Assembly (NCBI GenBank): GCA_964549525.1
Contig: CAZJUR010000003.1
Location: 2,030 to 66,029, forward strand
Direction of reading: 5' to 3'
Source of the DNA: an uncultured Candidatus Saccharibacteria bacterium
GTDB lineage: Bacteria; Patescibacteriota; Saccharimonadia; Saccharimonadales; Saccharimonadaceae
Length of the DNA stretch: 64,000 nucleotides
The notes beneath the pieces are model-generated. The model was not told where the DNA came from and ran no database searches. It was given only the letters and a program-made list of their open reading frames with translations. Positions 23,304 to 32,323 of this stretch are shown here, piece by piece. Made by a program: the position numbers and the translations under genes. Numbering within the stretch: the stretch's first letter is position 1; every line of letters begins with the position of its first letter.

Positions 23304-25706
23304 ATGCAAAAGTATTCACCAAAAGATATCGAAGTCAAATGGCAAAAGATTTGGGCAGATGATGCGCGATATGCTGCCCCAGACACATCTGATAAGCCAA
23401 AATACTATATTAGCGGCATGTTCCCATACCCCAGTGGAAGCGGTATGCACACTGGTCACTTTTTTGAGCATTCGATCGTTGATACTATCGCGCGTTTTAA
23501 ACGAGCAACCGGGCACAATGTCATGTACCCTATGGGTTGGGATTCGTTTGGCTTACCAGCGGAAAATTACGCCATTAAAACTGGCACGGCACCAGCAGTT
23601 TCCACCAAACAAAATATCGCAAATTTCACCAATCAATTAGAACGAGTTGGCGCCAGTATTGATTGGACGCGCGAAATCAATACATCCGATCCCGAATATT
23701 ACAAATGGACGCAGTGGATTTTTACCCAGTTTTTCGAGCACGGACTAGCGTACCAAAAGGAAGCCAACCAGTGGTGGTGCCCTGTTGATAAGACGGTGCT
23801 CGCCAATGAACAAGTCGAAGGCGGCAAATGTTGGCGCTGCGAATCTGAAGTTGAAAAAAAGGCGATGAAGCAATGGTTTTTTAAAATCACAGAGTATGCT
23901 GATGCACTGCTGGAAGAAATCCCCGCGCTCGACTGGCCAGAAAAAATCAAAACTGCGCAAACCAACTGGATTGGGAAATCTTGCGGCGCTGAAGTCGACT
24001 TTGAGGTTATTGATACCAAGAAGCTTATTACCGTCTTTACGACGCGACCGGATACCTTGTTTGGGGCGACGTTTCTCGTACTAGCGCCAGAGCATCCGAT
24101 GATTGGCGAGTTGACGACTGAGGAGAAAAAACAAGAGGTTGAATCCTATATCAAAAATGCCCTGAAAAAATCCGACATTGAACGCCAAGAAAATAAAGAG
24201 AAAACGGGTGTCTTTACCGGTACCTATGCCACAAATCCAGTCAATGGCGAGAAAATCCCTGTGTGGGTGGCAGATTACGTGCTATGGGGCTATGGCACTG
24301 GTGCGATTATGGCAGTACCTGCACACGACGAGCGCGACGGCGAATTTGCACAGAAATTTGACCTCATAATTAAGCCAGTTATTGAAAGTGACGAAGAATT
24401 TTATGATGGTGATGGCGAGATGATCAATTCAGGGCAATTTGATGGCATATCTAGCGAACAGGCGCGTGAAGAAATCGTCGCTTGGTTAGAGCAGCAAGGC
24501 TTCGGGCGGTCGAAAACGCAGTATAAAATGCGCGATTGGTTGATTTCACGCCAGCGCTATTGGGGCGCACCCATTCCGATCATCCATTGTAAAAAAGATG
24601 GCGCTGTGCCAGTTCCTGAGAGTGATTTACCAGTGGTTCTACCGGAAGTGGATAATTATGAGCCACAAGGGGAAAGTGTTTTAAGGAGCCAAAAAGACTG
24701 GGTAAAAACGACTTGTCCTAAATGTGGTGGCGAGGGCGAGCGAGAAACAGATACAATGGATGGCTACGCATGTAGTTCATGGTACTTGCTGCGCTATACC
24801 GATCCTAAAAATACGCAGCGAGCGTGGGCAACCGAAAAAGCTCAGTATTGGACACCACTTGATTTTTATTGTGGCGGCGATCACGCGGTGGCGCATTTGC
24901 TCTACGTACGGTTTTGGAATCACGTGTTTTACGAAATGGGTCTCGTACCCAGCAAAGAACCCGTCAAAAAACTGGTCTATCATGGCTATATCAACGCTGA
25001 AGACGGCACTAAGATGAGTAAAAGTAAGGGGAATGTTGTTGATCCGCTGGAAGTGATCGATGCAGGTTATGGCGCCGATACGCTACGCACCTTCGAACTA
25101 TTTCTTGGCCCGATCAACGAAGATAGTGAATGGGATCCAAAGGGTATTGCTGGTGTCTATCGCTTTTTAAACCGCACCTGGCATCTGACGCAAGAATATC
25201 TTGCCGCCGAAAAAATTGATCACGAAAATGCCGATCTTACTGCCTATGAGCACAGAACAATCAAAAAAGTGACCGAAGATATTAATCGTTTAAATTTTAA
25301 TACAGCTATCGCTGCACTCATGGAGTATGTAAATGAACTGTATAAATTAAAATTACAAGGTTTTTCTTACGCTTGGCAGCAGCCCATTGAGCACTTGATA
25401 CAACTTGTCGCTCCATTTGCGCCCCACATGGCAGCTGAACTATGGCAACAGCTTGGACATGATGAAATGCTCGATTTTGCCATATGGCCAGAATGGGACG
25501 AGACGTTATTAGTAGTTGATACCATAGAACTCCCAGTTCAGATAAATGGCAAGATGCGTGGTACTGTAGCAGTATCACCAGAGGCGAGCGAAGAAGAAGT
25601 TGTAGCCCTTGTTAAACAGCAAGGAAAAATAGCTCCTTATCTCAGTGACAAGGAGCTACGGAAAGTGATTTACGTCAAGAAACGAATTATCAATATTGTT
25701 CTGTAA
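23304..25706 (+). CDS. leuS: Leucyl-tRNA synthetase
   Basis: 800 aa with a class I HIGH-type motif (MHTGH) and KMSKS. TGtTATAAT (23287-23295) ends 9 nt before the ATG. Confidence 0.98.
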   Translation: MQKYSPKDIEVKWQKIWADDARYAAPDTSDKPKYYISGMFPYPSGSGMHTGHFFEHSIVDTIARFKRATGHNVMYPMGWDSFGLPAENYAIKTGTAPAVSTKQNIANFTNQLERVGASIDWTREINTSDPEYYKWTQWIFTQFFEHGLAYQKEANQWWCPVDKTVLANEQVEGGKCWRCESEVEKKAMKQWFFKITEYADALLEEIPALDWPEKIKTAQTNWIGKSCGAEVDFEVIDTKKLITVFTTRPDTLFGATFLVLAPEHPMIGELTTEEKKQEVESYIKNALKKSDIERQENKEKTGVFTGTYATNPVNGEKIPVWVADYVLWGYGTGAIMAVPAHDERDGEFAQKFDLIIKPVIESDEEFYDGDGEMINSGQFDGISSEQAREEIVAWLEQQGFGRSKTQYKMRDWLISRQRYWGAPIPIIHCKKDGAVPVPESDLPVVLPEVDNYEPQGESVLRSQKDWVKTTCPKCGGEGERETDTMDGYACSSWYLLRYTDPKNTQRAWATEKAQYWTPLDFYCGGDHAVAHLLYVRFWNHVFYEMGLVPSKEPVKKLVYHGYINAEDGTKMSKSKGNVVDPLEVIDAGYGADTLRTFELFLGPINEDSEWDPKGIAGVYRFLNRTWHLTQEYLAAEKIDHENADLTAYEHRTIKKVTEDINRLNFNTAIAALMEYVNELYKLKLQGFSYAWQQPIEHLIQLVAPFAPHMAAELWQQLGHDEMLDFAIWPEWDETLLVVDTIELPVQINGKMRGTVAVSPEASEEEVVALVKQQGKIAPYLSDKELRKVIYVKKRIINIVL

Positions 25707-25716
25707 CTTATGTATC

Positions 25717-26001
25717 CTACTTAGCTTGGCGTGCCAAAGAACTATCTGGGTTATTCTGAATAAATTCTTGGGCATTGTGCGTAGATTGTTGTTGAGGCTG
25801 CTCAATCATTCTATCTACTGCCTTAAATCCCGCAGGTATAGCTATGGTAGCTAAAACGAGTGCAGCTACACGCTTTGCTGTTCGCATATGTTCAGTTGAT
25901 AATGCTTCATCACGCTTTTGATTTGCTGTCTCTTGGGAAGTGCGAGCAAGTTCAGAAATTTCGTTATTTGATAATGCGTGTGGGTGAATATTATGATTCA
26001 T
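25717..26001 (-). CDS. Hypothetical small membrane protein
   Basis: Start set to ATG 26001 (MNHNIHPH...) because TGcTATAGT (reverse complement of 26009-26017) ends 8 nt upstream. One TM helix (VAALVLATIAIPAGF). Confidence 0.45.
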   Translation of the reverse strand: MNHNIHPHALSNNEISELARTSQETANQKRDEALSTEHMRTAKRVAALVLATIAIPAGFKAVDRMIEQPQQQSTHNAQEFIQNNPDSSLARQAK

Positions 26002-26008
26002 ATTAAAC

Positions 26009-26017
26009 ACTATAGCA
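26009..26017 (-). promoter_or_regulatory. Extended -10 (TGcTATAGT) for ORF 25717..26001
   Basis: The reverse complement reads TGCTATAGT, with 7 nt between the hexamer and the ATG. Confidence 0.4.
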
Positions 26018-26045
26018 TAAGCATATAAAAATGTCAATACCTTTC

Positions 26046-26074
26046 TTGAAAAATGGAAAGATTTTAGGTATACT
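26046..26074 (+). promoter_or_regulatory. Sigma70-type promoter (TTGAAA-17-TATACT) of rpmF-nusB cluster
   Basis: TTGAAA at 26046-26051, 17-nt spacer, TATACT at 26069-26074. Confidence 0.55.
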
Positions 26075-26114
26075 TATCTGTAAGTGAAATAATAGTGGAA
26101 AGGAGTGGTTTTAT

Positions 26115-26261
26115 ATGGGAAAACCAAAGAAGCAAACGAGTCCACGCAAAACTGGTTTACGACGCAGCCATCTTGTGGTGAAACTAGCGCGTAAAGTAAA
26201 TGCGAAATCGCCCGTCAAGGCCTACACAACCAGACGTGAGAGTGGTAAGAAAGCTGCATAG
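26115..26261 (+). CDS. rpmF: 50S ribosomal protein L32 (48 aa, below ORF-track cutoff)
   Basis: Translated by hand: MGKPKKQTSPRKTGLRRSHLVVKLARKVNAKSPVKAYTTRRESGKKAA. It fits the bL32 N-terminal signature PK(K/R)xTSxxxxxxRR(S/A)H. GGAAAGGAG Shine-Dalgarno at 26097-26105. Confidence 0.75.
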   Translation: MGKPKKQTSPRKTGLRRSHLVVKLARKVNAKSPVKAYTTRRESGKKAA

Positions 26262-26320
26262 CGCAGCAATAGTAATCGAACCTTAAGATCAATAAATAAA
26301 AGTAAAAAGGAATATGTCAC

Positions 26321-26761
26321 GTGGCATCAAACCGTCACTTAGGAAGAATTATAGCCCTTCAGACCTTGTATGAAGCAGAATTTCATGGCGCCAGCTATAC
26401 CGAACAGGAAATATCCGATACCTACAAGCGAAATCTATCTCGATACGAAAAGGCTGTTAAAGACACCGAATTTGTGCAGCAGCTCATTATGGGCGTTTTC
26501 AAAGAAAAGCATGAACTCGATGCAATTTTGAGCCCTATAGCTCCGGATTGGCCGCTCGAACAAATTTCTAAAGTTGATCTGACCATTTTGCGCATAGCTA
26601 TCTATGAACTGCTTCATTATCAAGCAGATGTTCCGCCAAAAGTTGTTATCAATGAGGCGGTCGAGCTGGCAAAATCATTTGGCTCAGACAATTCGTCACG
26701 GTTCGTTAACGGTGTACTCGGAACAGCCCTTAAAACAATCTCAAAGGATAAAAAGAAGTAA
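26321..26761 (+). CDS. nusB: Transcription antitermination factor NusB
   Basis: GTG start after an AAGGAA Shine-Dalgarno. NusB blocks RIIALQTLYEAEF and VVINEAVELAKSFG. Confidence 0.9.
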   Translation: MASNRHLGRIIALQTLYEAEFHGASYTEQEISDTYKRNLSRYEKAVKDTEFVQQLIMGVFKEKHELDAILSPIAPDWPLEQISKVDLTILRIAIYELLHYQADVPPKVVINEAVELAKSFGSDNSSRFVNGVLGTALKTISKDKKK

Positions 26762-27255
26762 TGCAAACCCCAAAATTTAACAATATTAAGAAATATTTCT
26801 CTCGAGGCAAGCCATCGATTCAAGAAATCGTACGTGAGCCAACCTCTGGAGGTATTGTCTATCGTGTCACTAAATCGGGAGAGATTGAAATTCTCCTTAT
26901 TCAAGATGCAAAAGATCGCTGGACAATCCCTAAGGGCCACATCGAAGAAGGCGAAACTGCTCAACAAACCGCTAAACGTGAAATTGCCGAAGAGGCAGGC
27001 CTCAAGGACACCGAAATACTGGGTTGGCTCGGGAAAATTCATTTTCGTTATCGACGCGTCAATACATTGGTGCTCATGACGACACAAATATACCTTGTTC
27101 ATGCAAAAGGTGATACCAATGCTATCAAAAAGGAAGAGTGGATGAACGGGATTGGCTGGTTTGGCTTTCATGATGCCCTCGAAAAGATAGAGTACGAAGA
27201 TATTGGTAAATTGATGCTGCTCGCACGCAAGCGCATACGTCAAGCAAAGGGGTGA
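26761..27255 (+). CDS. Nudix hydrolase
   Basis: Nudix box GHIEEGETAQQTAKREIAEEAGL. The ATG overlaps the nusB stop (TAATG). Confidence 0.88.
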   Translation: MQTPKFNNIKKYFSRGKPSIQEIVREPTSGGIVYRVTKSGEIEILLIQDAKDRWTIPKGHIEEGETAQQTAKREIAEEAGLKDTEILGWLGKIHFRYRRVNTLVLMTTQIYLVHAKGDTNAIKKEEWMNGIGWFGFHDALEKIEYEDIGKLMLLARKRIRQAKG

Positions 27256-27259
27256 ATCG

Positions 27260-27964
27260 ATGTCTGGTATGAACAAAACACCCTATCAAAACTTTAGTAC
27301 CGATAAGCTCGGCTTCGCATTTGAAAATATTGACCTGTTGATCACAGCATTAACTCACCGAAGCTATGTCAATGAGCACCGTAAAAGTAGTAGTGAACAT
27401 AACGAACGACTAGAGTTTCTCGGCGACGCTGTTCTTGAGCTCGTAGTCACGGACTATCTTTTTACGAACTATAAAGAATCAGAAGGAACGCTTACTTCAT
27501 GGCGAGCAGCTTTAGTGCGTACAGAGAGTATCGGGGATGCAGGAAGCAAACTAGGCTATGAGCCGTTACTACGATTAAGTCGTGGCGAAAAACAAGGATC
27601 AGATCGTGCGCGACGACAAATTATGGCCAATGCATTCGAAGCCGTCATCGGGGCTATATATTTAGATAAAGGGTATGATGAAGCGAAAAAATTTATTTCA
27701 ACGCATATCTTGAGTAAATTAGGTGATATTATCCACACTGGCTCATGGCGAGATGCGAAATCACAGCTGCAAGAGTATGCTCAACGTATCGATGGACATA
27801 CCCCTGTCTATAAAGTGATTGATGAAGATGGACCTGATCACGATAAATTTTTTACGCTCGGAGTTTACGTTGGTGGGGTATTAAAGGGCAAGGGACGAGG
27901 GAGCTCCAAGCAAATCGCACAGCAAGAAGCTGCTAAAAAAGCAATTGAAAAGTATGAGCGCTAA
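27260..27964 (+). CDS. rnc: Ribonuclease III
   Basis: RNase III signature ERLEFLGDAVLE and a C-terminal dsRBD (GPDHDKFFTLGVYV...SKQIAQQEAAKKA). Confidence 0.95.
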   Translation: MSGMNKTPYQNFSTDKLGFAFENIDLLITALTHRSYVNEHRKSSSEHNERLEFLGDAVLELVVTDYLFTNYKESEGTLTSWRAALVRTESIGDAGSKLGYEPLLRLSRGEKQGSDRARRQIMANAFEAVIGAIYLDKGYDEAKKFISTHILSKLGDIIHTGSWRDAKSQLQEYAQRIDGHTPVYKVIDEDGPDHDKFFTLGVYVGGVLKGKGRGSSKQIAQQEAAKKAIEKYER

Positions 27965-27978
27965 GCAAACTGGAATTT

Positions 27979-28311
27979 TTACCCTCTTGCACCAGAAAAG
28001 ATAGCTAAACCGCCTAAAAGAAGAAAGAATATAATAAAAGTAATTATTGCCAGAGTGGCGAGTACCGTTAATACGCCATTAATCCACATACCCACAAGCG
28101 ATATCGTACTTTTTTGACCCACTTCTTTTGCCTTCCTATACCCTAGATAAGAAATAATAAATCCAATTAGATACAGTTGGAGCGCGAGTCCTATAATTAA
28201 ACCGACGACTCCCAGCATAAGACCAGGATCATCTGACGTTGTTGTCGGAGGTTGAGGTGTGGGATGAGGCGCAGGGGATTCAGGTGTGGAAGAAGGGGTT
28301 TTGTTAGTCAT
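27979..28311 (-). CDS. Hypothetical small membrane protein with Pro/Thr-rich N-terminus
   Basis: 110 aa with three hydrophobic helices. AGGAG Shine-Dalgarno 7 nt upstream of ATG 28311. Confidence 0.55.
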   Translation of the reverse strand: MTNKTPSSTPESPAPHPTPQPPTTTSDDPGLMLGVVGLIIGLALQLYLIGFIISYLGYRKAKEVGQKSTISLVGMWINGVLTVLATLAIITFIIFFLLLGGLAIFSGARG

Positions 28312-28351
28312 TATGTTGCTCCTATATTATGACATCATAAGTATAGCATAA

Positions 28352-28380
28352 TTGACATTTTCTACCTCTTACGATACACT
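28352..28380 (+). promoter_or_regulatory. Sigma70-type promoter (TTGACA-17-TACACT) of rpsP
   Basis: TTGACA at 28352-28357, 17-nt spacer, TACACT at 28375-28380. Confidence 0.55.
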
Positions 28381-28427
28381 AGTATTCATTGTAAATATCA
28401 ACGTCTAACAAGAAAGAGTTTTTATAC

Positions 28428-28904
28428 ATGTTAGCTATACGCTTACAGCGGCTCGGTCGCAAAAAATATCCTGTGTATCGAGTTGCGGTTCAGGAAGCCC
28501 AGCGCCACCCATCTAGCGGACGAGTGGTTGCATATGTTGGGAGCTATAATCCACATACCAAACAAACGTCACTCAATAAAGAAAAAGTAGAGACCTATTT
28601 AAAAAACGGCGCTCAACCCAGCCCACGAGTAGTTAAGCTGCTTGAAGCTGAAAAAATTAGCTTGCCATCTTGGGTGAAAAAACGAACGACTTCTCAAGCG
28701 AAGCACATTCGTCATCCTGAAAAACTTCGTAAAAATGCTCCAGAGAGCGCAGAAGAAACGCCAACTGATGAAGGAGCCCAAGAAACTACTTCAGCTGATG
28801 ATACGGCAAAAAACGTTGATCAAAATGAAGAAAAATCTTCTCCAGAACCATCGACAAGCGAATCATCTGAGCAAACAGACGACGAAAACACCGCTAACAA
28901 ATAA
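28428..28904 (+). CDS. rpsP: 30S ribosomal protein S16 with long acidic C-terminal extension
   Basis: N-terminal MLAIRLQRLGRKKYPVYRVAV is typical of bS16. About 70 extra Glu/Asp/Ser/Thr-rich residues follow the S16 fold. Confidence 0.93.
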   Translation: MLAIRLQRLGRKKYPVYRVAVQEAQRHPSSGRVVAYVGSYNPHTKQTSLNKEKVETYLKNGAQPSPRVVKLLEAEKISLPSWVKKRTTSQAKHIRHPEKLRKNAPESAEETPTDEGAQETTSADDTAKNVDQNEEKSSPEPSTSESSEQTDDENTANK

Positions 28905-28951
28905 TCTTTTTATACTCTAAATCTACAGACGATCCATGCTCGAATTATACT

Positions 28952-28980
28952 TTGCATATTCATGATGCTTACGGTACAAT
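28952..28980 (+). promoter_or_regulatory. Sigma70-type promoter (TTGCAT-17-TACAAT) of KH-domain gene
   Basis: TTGCAT at 28952-28957, 17-nt spacer, TACAAT at 28975-28980. AAAGGAG Shine-Dalgarno before ATG 29018. Confidence 0.5.
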
Positions 28981-29017
28981 AAATGCACAACATACGTGAA
29001 GTGTAAAGGAGACTGAA

Positions 29018-29410
29018 ATGGCTAGTATCGACCAACAATTTATTGAGTATATTGTCAAAGAATTAGTAGGACATCCGGATGATGTTGTAGTAGAGCGACG
29101 AATTGACGAAAAAGGTGTATTGCTTGAATTAACTGTCAACCCTGAAGATTTGGGTCGGGTAATTGGCAAGCGCGGTGCAACGGCTCAAAGTTTACGCACT
29201 CTGCTACGTGCACTTGGTACAAAAAATGATGCGCGATATAATCTCAAAATTGTTAATAATGACGAGCCTGCAACTAGCTCACCATCAACTTTGAGTGACG
29301 ATGATCATGCAACTGTGGATGAATCAACAGATAAGAGTGTGGAAAACGAATCTAATTTAGCGAAAAATACCCGAAAAGAACTTGCAGAACTAGACGATCT
29401 TGATATATAA
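29018..29410 (+). CDS. KH-domain RNA-binding protein (YlqC/UPF0109-like) with acidic tail
   Basis: KH core LGRVIGKRGATAQSLRTLL, at the usual position between rpsP and trmD. About 50-aa acidic C-terminal extension. Confidence 0.85.
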   Translation: MASIDQQFIEYIVKELVGHPDDVVVERRIDEKGVLLELTVNPEDLGRVIGKRGATAQSLRTLLRALGTKNDARYNLKIVNNDEPATSSPSTLSDDDHATVDESTDKSVENESNLAKNTRKELAELDDLDI

Positions 29411-29530
29411 TCATGAGCAGTTCAGGTGATCCACCACGAACCAATGTCCTAACATAGGACCACCGATAAAACCAAAACAAAAGCTTTACGCGAGCAAACG
29501 ATAGAGTTTGAGAGCTTTATGTGAGAAAAT

Positions 29531-29560
29531 AACTCCTGTTTAGATAGGAGTTATTTTTTT
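29531..29560 (+). terminator. Intrinsic terminator between KH gene and trmD
   Basis: AACTCCT-gtttagat-AGGAGTT followed by ATTTTTTT. Confidence 0.65.
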
Positions 29561-29575
29561 GGTATACTGAGACGG

Positions 29576-30235
29576 ATGAGAAAAATACAGATTATTTCGC
29601 TTTTCCCTGAAATGTTTGAAGGTGTATTAAATACGTCGATGATGTGGAAAGCCCAAAAAGAAAAGCTTATTGATTTTAAGATAATTCAACTTCGTGATTT
29701 TGGGATTGGTCCGCGTAAGCAAGTAGATGATACACCATATGGCGGCGGCGATGGTATGCTCTTAAAACCTGAGCCACTATTTGCGGCAGTGGAGAGTGCA
29801 AAAAAACACGATCCCACAGCAAGAGTAGTATTGATGACCCCAAAAGGTCCTGTATGGAAACAAGCTGATGCACGAGCTTGGTCACAGGACTTACGAGGCC
29901 TCATTTTTATTTGCGCTCGCTATGAAGGCTATGATGAGAGAATTACAACAATAGTCGATGAGCAGGTGAGTATAGGGGAGTATGTTTTAACGGGTGGCGA
30001 GCTACCGGCTATGACCGTCATTGATAGTATAGTTCGTTTGATTCCTGGCGTGCTTGGCGGTGAAACAAGTACTGAAATCGAAAGTTTTTCAGATGACGAT
30101 ACACTCGAATTCCCCCAATATACTCGACCCGAAACGTTTAACGACCTTCAAGTTCCTTCGGTTTTATTGAGTGGTAATCACGCTGAAATAGCCAAGTGGC
30201 GAACAAAAAAATCAGTATATCCTAATAAATCATAA
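29576..30235 (+). CDS. trmD: tRNA (guanine37-N1)-methyltransferase
   Basis: TrmD blocks DDTPYGGGDGMLLKPEP, CARYEGYDERI and LTGGELPAM. TGgTATACT (29560-29568) ends 8 nt before the ATG. Confidence 0.95.
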   Translation: MRKIQIISLFPEMFEGVLNTSMMWKAQKEKLIDFKIIQLRDFGIGPRKQVDDTPYGGGDGMLLKPEPLFAAVESAKKHDPTARVVLMTPKGPVWKQADARAWSQDLRGLIFICARYEGYDERITTIVDEQVSIGEYVLTGGELPAMTVIDSIVRLIPGVLGGETSTEIESFSDDDTLEFPQYTRPETFNDLQVPSVLLSGNHAEIAKWRTKKSVYPNKS

Positions 30236-30256
30236 AAAGGGAAAACCCCACGCCCG

Positions 30257-30454
30257 TTATTCACGAGCGTGGGGTGGAGGTGGTGATTCTTTTCGTAGCA
30301 AGATGACGATAATGACAGTGGCTATCACCAATGGGATAGCAGAGATGCCAACCGTCGCCCAATAAACCTTACCGACCAATGCTCCAATGAGCATCAAGCA
30401 GGGGGTATAGATCACCACCAATACTACAAAGAGATTAATAAAAAACAATACCAC
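30257..30454 (-). CDS. Possible 65-aa two-helix membrane peptide (weak call)
   Basis: Hydrophobic ORF with a GTG start buried in a hairpin. No convincing promoter or SD. The hairpin CCCCACGC/GCGTGGGG (30246-30274) with a T-rich tail on the minus strand overlaps its stop. Confidence 0.25.
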   Translation of the reverse strand: MVLFFINLFVVLVVIYTPCLMLIGALVGKVYWATVGISAIPLVIATVIIVILLRKESPPPPHARE

Positions 30455-30492
30455 CTTGCTCGGAGAGAAGGTGGTACCATGCGTTGCGTTGT

Positions 30493-30525
30493 GGTGGATA
30501 TCATAGAGCGAATATCACCGTTTTT
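30493..30525 (+). terminator. Terminator-like hairpin plus T-run in the 30455-30639 spacer
   Basis: GGTG(G)ATAT-catagagcga-ATATCACC followed by GTTTTTATC, on the plus strand. It is unclear which transcript it ends. Confidence 0.35.
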
Positions 30526-30639
30526 ATCTATACGTTTTTGTTTTTGTTATTCGCTTAAATAGTACTTTATCAGTAAAAAATAAAAAGCGCAAGCACTTTT
30601 GCAGAAATAACAACATTATATGATTTATAATAGATTCAT

Positions 30640-31119
30640 ATGGACAATATATTGCCTCGTGCTAGTTATCCAAAGCATTCTATATCACCTTCTCTTCAGA
30701 TACATCGCTTAAGTGCCGTCTTAATTTTAATAATTATTATATGCGCGCAGCTAATGACGTTCGAAAAGCTCGTTCCGATTTTAGATAATTATGCATTGTT
30801 TCAGATAAAAAATAATGGCCAGATTATTGCTAGCATTCTTGTTATTTTAGAAGTTATGGCACTGCCCTATCTCTTACGAATGTCTCTCAGCCCGCTATTT
30901 CGTATCGTGAGCTGTGGGATGGGTATACTGACGGGTATGATATGGCTTTTGTTTGTTGGATTTCAGATCGGAGGGCAATTCAATGTGAATGTGCTACCAA
31001 TCTTTGGGGGCTTTTTTGCTTCCTCGTCATTACTGACTATTTCTACGACACTTCTGATGGTCTGTACTGTAGGGAGCGCTGTATGGCGACTCAGAAAAGA
31101 TGTATCATATGCAGCTTAG
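30640..31119 (+). CDS. Hypothetical membrane protein (4 predicted helices)
   Basis: 159 aa, hydrophobic. TATAAT (30626-30631) ends 9 nt before the ATG, with no SD. Confidence 0.55.
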   Translation: MDNILPRASYPKHSISPSLQIHRLSAVLILIIIICAQLMTFEKLVPILDNYALFQIKNNGQIIASILVILEVMALPYLLRMSLSPLFRIVSCGMGILTGMIWLLFVGFQIGGQFNVNVLPIFGGFFASSSLLTISTTLLMVCTVGSAVWRLRKDVSYAA

Positions 31120-32323
31120 ACGCTCACGCAGTAAGAGAAATATATTTTTAGTATTTGGTGCTATTCTCTGTATTGTAGTCGCTTTGATAGCAATTGTGAT
31201 ATTCAATCGCCCCTTGCCTCGAGCTATCTCAAATAATAAACCGCCCGCACAAACTTCTCGGCCAGCACCCACTACCATTCGCTTAATTGCTAGTGGCGAT
31301 ATGATTGCCCACGATAGTATCAACCAACAAGCGAAAACACCGACTGGATATGACTATAGCCCCTACTTTAGTGAAGTAAAACCAGTTTTTGAAAAAGCCG
31401 ATATACGGTTTTGTAATCAAGAAATACCGAGTGCTTCGCCGGCGCTTGGCCGTCCATCTGGGTATCCAACCTTTAACGCTCCAACTGAATTTGCACGTGA
31501 TATAAATACGCTTGGCTGTAATGTCATCAACACGGCTACGAATCATGCAAATGATAAACTGCAGGCTGGGATCGACGAAACATTACGCGTCTGGCAGGAA
31601 CTTCCTAAATTAGCTCTTGCGGGCATTAATCGGTCATCAGAAGAGCAGCAAAAAGTACACTATTTCACCGTAAAAGGGATTAAATTTGCGTTTTTAGCTT
31701 ACAATTATCAGAACAATAATAAAAATACTGCTCCGTTTAGCGTCAATATGTTTGACGAATCATTGATGAGAAAGCAGCTGCAGGAAGCAGCACAACAAGG
31801 TGCGTATAGCATCGTTAGCATGCATTGGGGGACGGAGGATAGTCCGGTTATTGATCAAGCGCAGGAAAATTGGAGTCAATTTCTCGCTGATAATGGCGCG
31901 GACATTGTCATCGGCACTGGGCCACATGTTATCCAACCTGTTAAGAAACTTGCTCGACAAGGTGGCGGTGAAACCCTTGTTTGGTATTCAATTGGTAATC
32001 TTCTCAGTACACAACTAAAAATAGAAGAACTCATCGGTGGCTTCGCTGTAATGGACTTTGAGGTTAATAAGTCAGACATAAAGCTCAAAGACATAGGCTT
32101 TTTACCAACCTATATGCACTATGAGTGGTCAGCCTCGCAAGCCGCCGCACAAGACCTCTTAGCCCGTCGTAATATAAAACTATATTTACTTGAAGATGCT
32201 TCCGCGCCTTTAGGGCGTTCATTATTTAATACATCTGTGCAGTCCCAGACCGAACGTATTAGTTCGCTTTTAAATTCTTATACACCTGTGCCAATCATAA
32301 AAAAACAAGCTTACGGCTTATAG
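31100..32323 (+). CDS. CapA/PGA_cap family metallophosphatase-like protein
   Basis: N-terminal TM anchor plus the CapA blocks IRLIASGDMIAHDSIN, TATNHANDK, SMHWGTE and GTGPHVIQP. Confidence 0.85.
   Translation: MYHMQLRRSRSKRNIFLVFGAILCIVVALIAIVIFNRPLPRAISNNKPPAQTSRPAPTTIRLIASGDMIAHDSINQQAKTPTGYDYSPYFSEVKPVFEKADIRFCNQEIPSASPALGRPSGYPTFNAPTEFARDINTLGCNVINTATNHANDKLQAGIDETLRVWQELPKLALAGINRSSEEQQKVHYFTVKGIKFAFLAYNYQNNNKNTAPFSVNMFDESLMRKQLQEAAQQGAYSIVSMHWGTEDSPVIDQAQENWSQFLADNGADIVIGTGPHVIQPVKKLARQGGGETLVWYSIGNLLSTQLKIEELIGGFAVMDFEVNKSDIKLKDIGFLPTYMHYEWSASQAAAQDLLARRNIKLYLLEDASAPLGRSLFNTSVQSQTERISSLLNSYTPVPIIKKQAYGL

Noticed and set aside
26620-27276. Listed 218-aa minus-strand ORF
   Set aside because: It is antisense to nusB and the Nudix gene, both of which have clear family motifs on the plus strand. 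It has no motifs of its own and looks like a shadow ORF.
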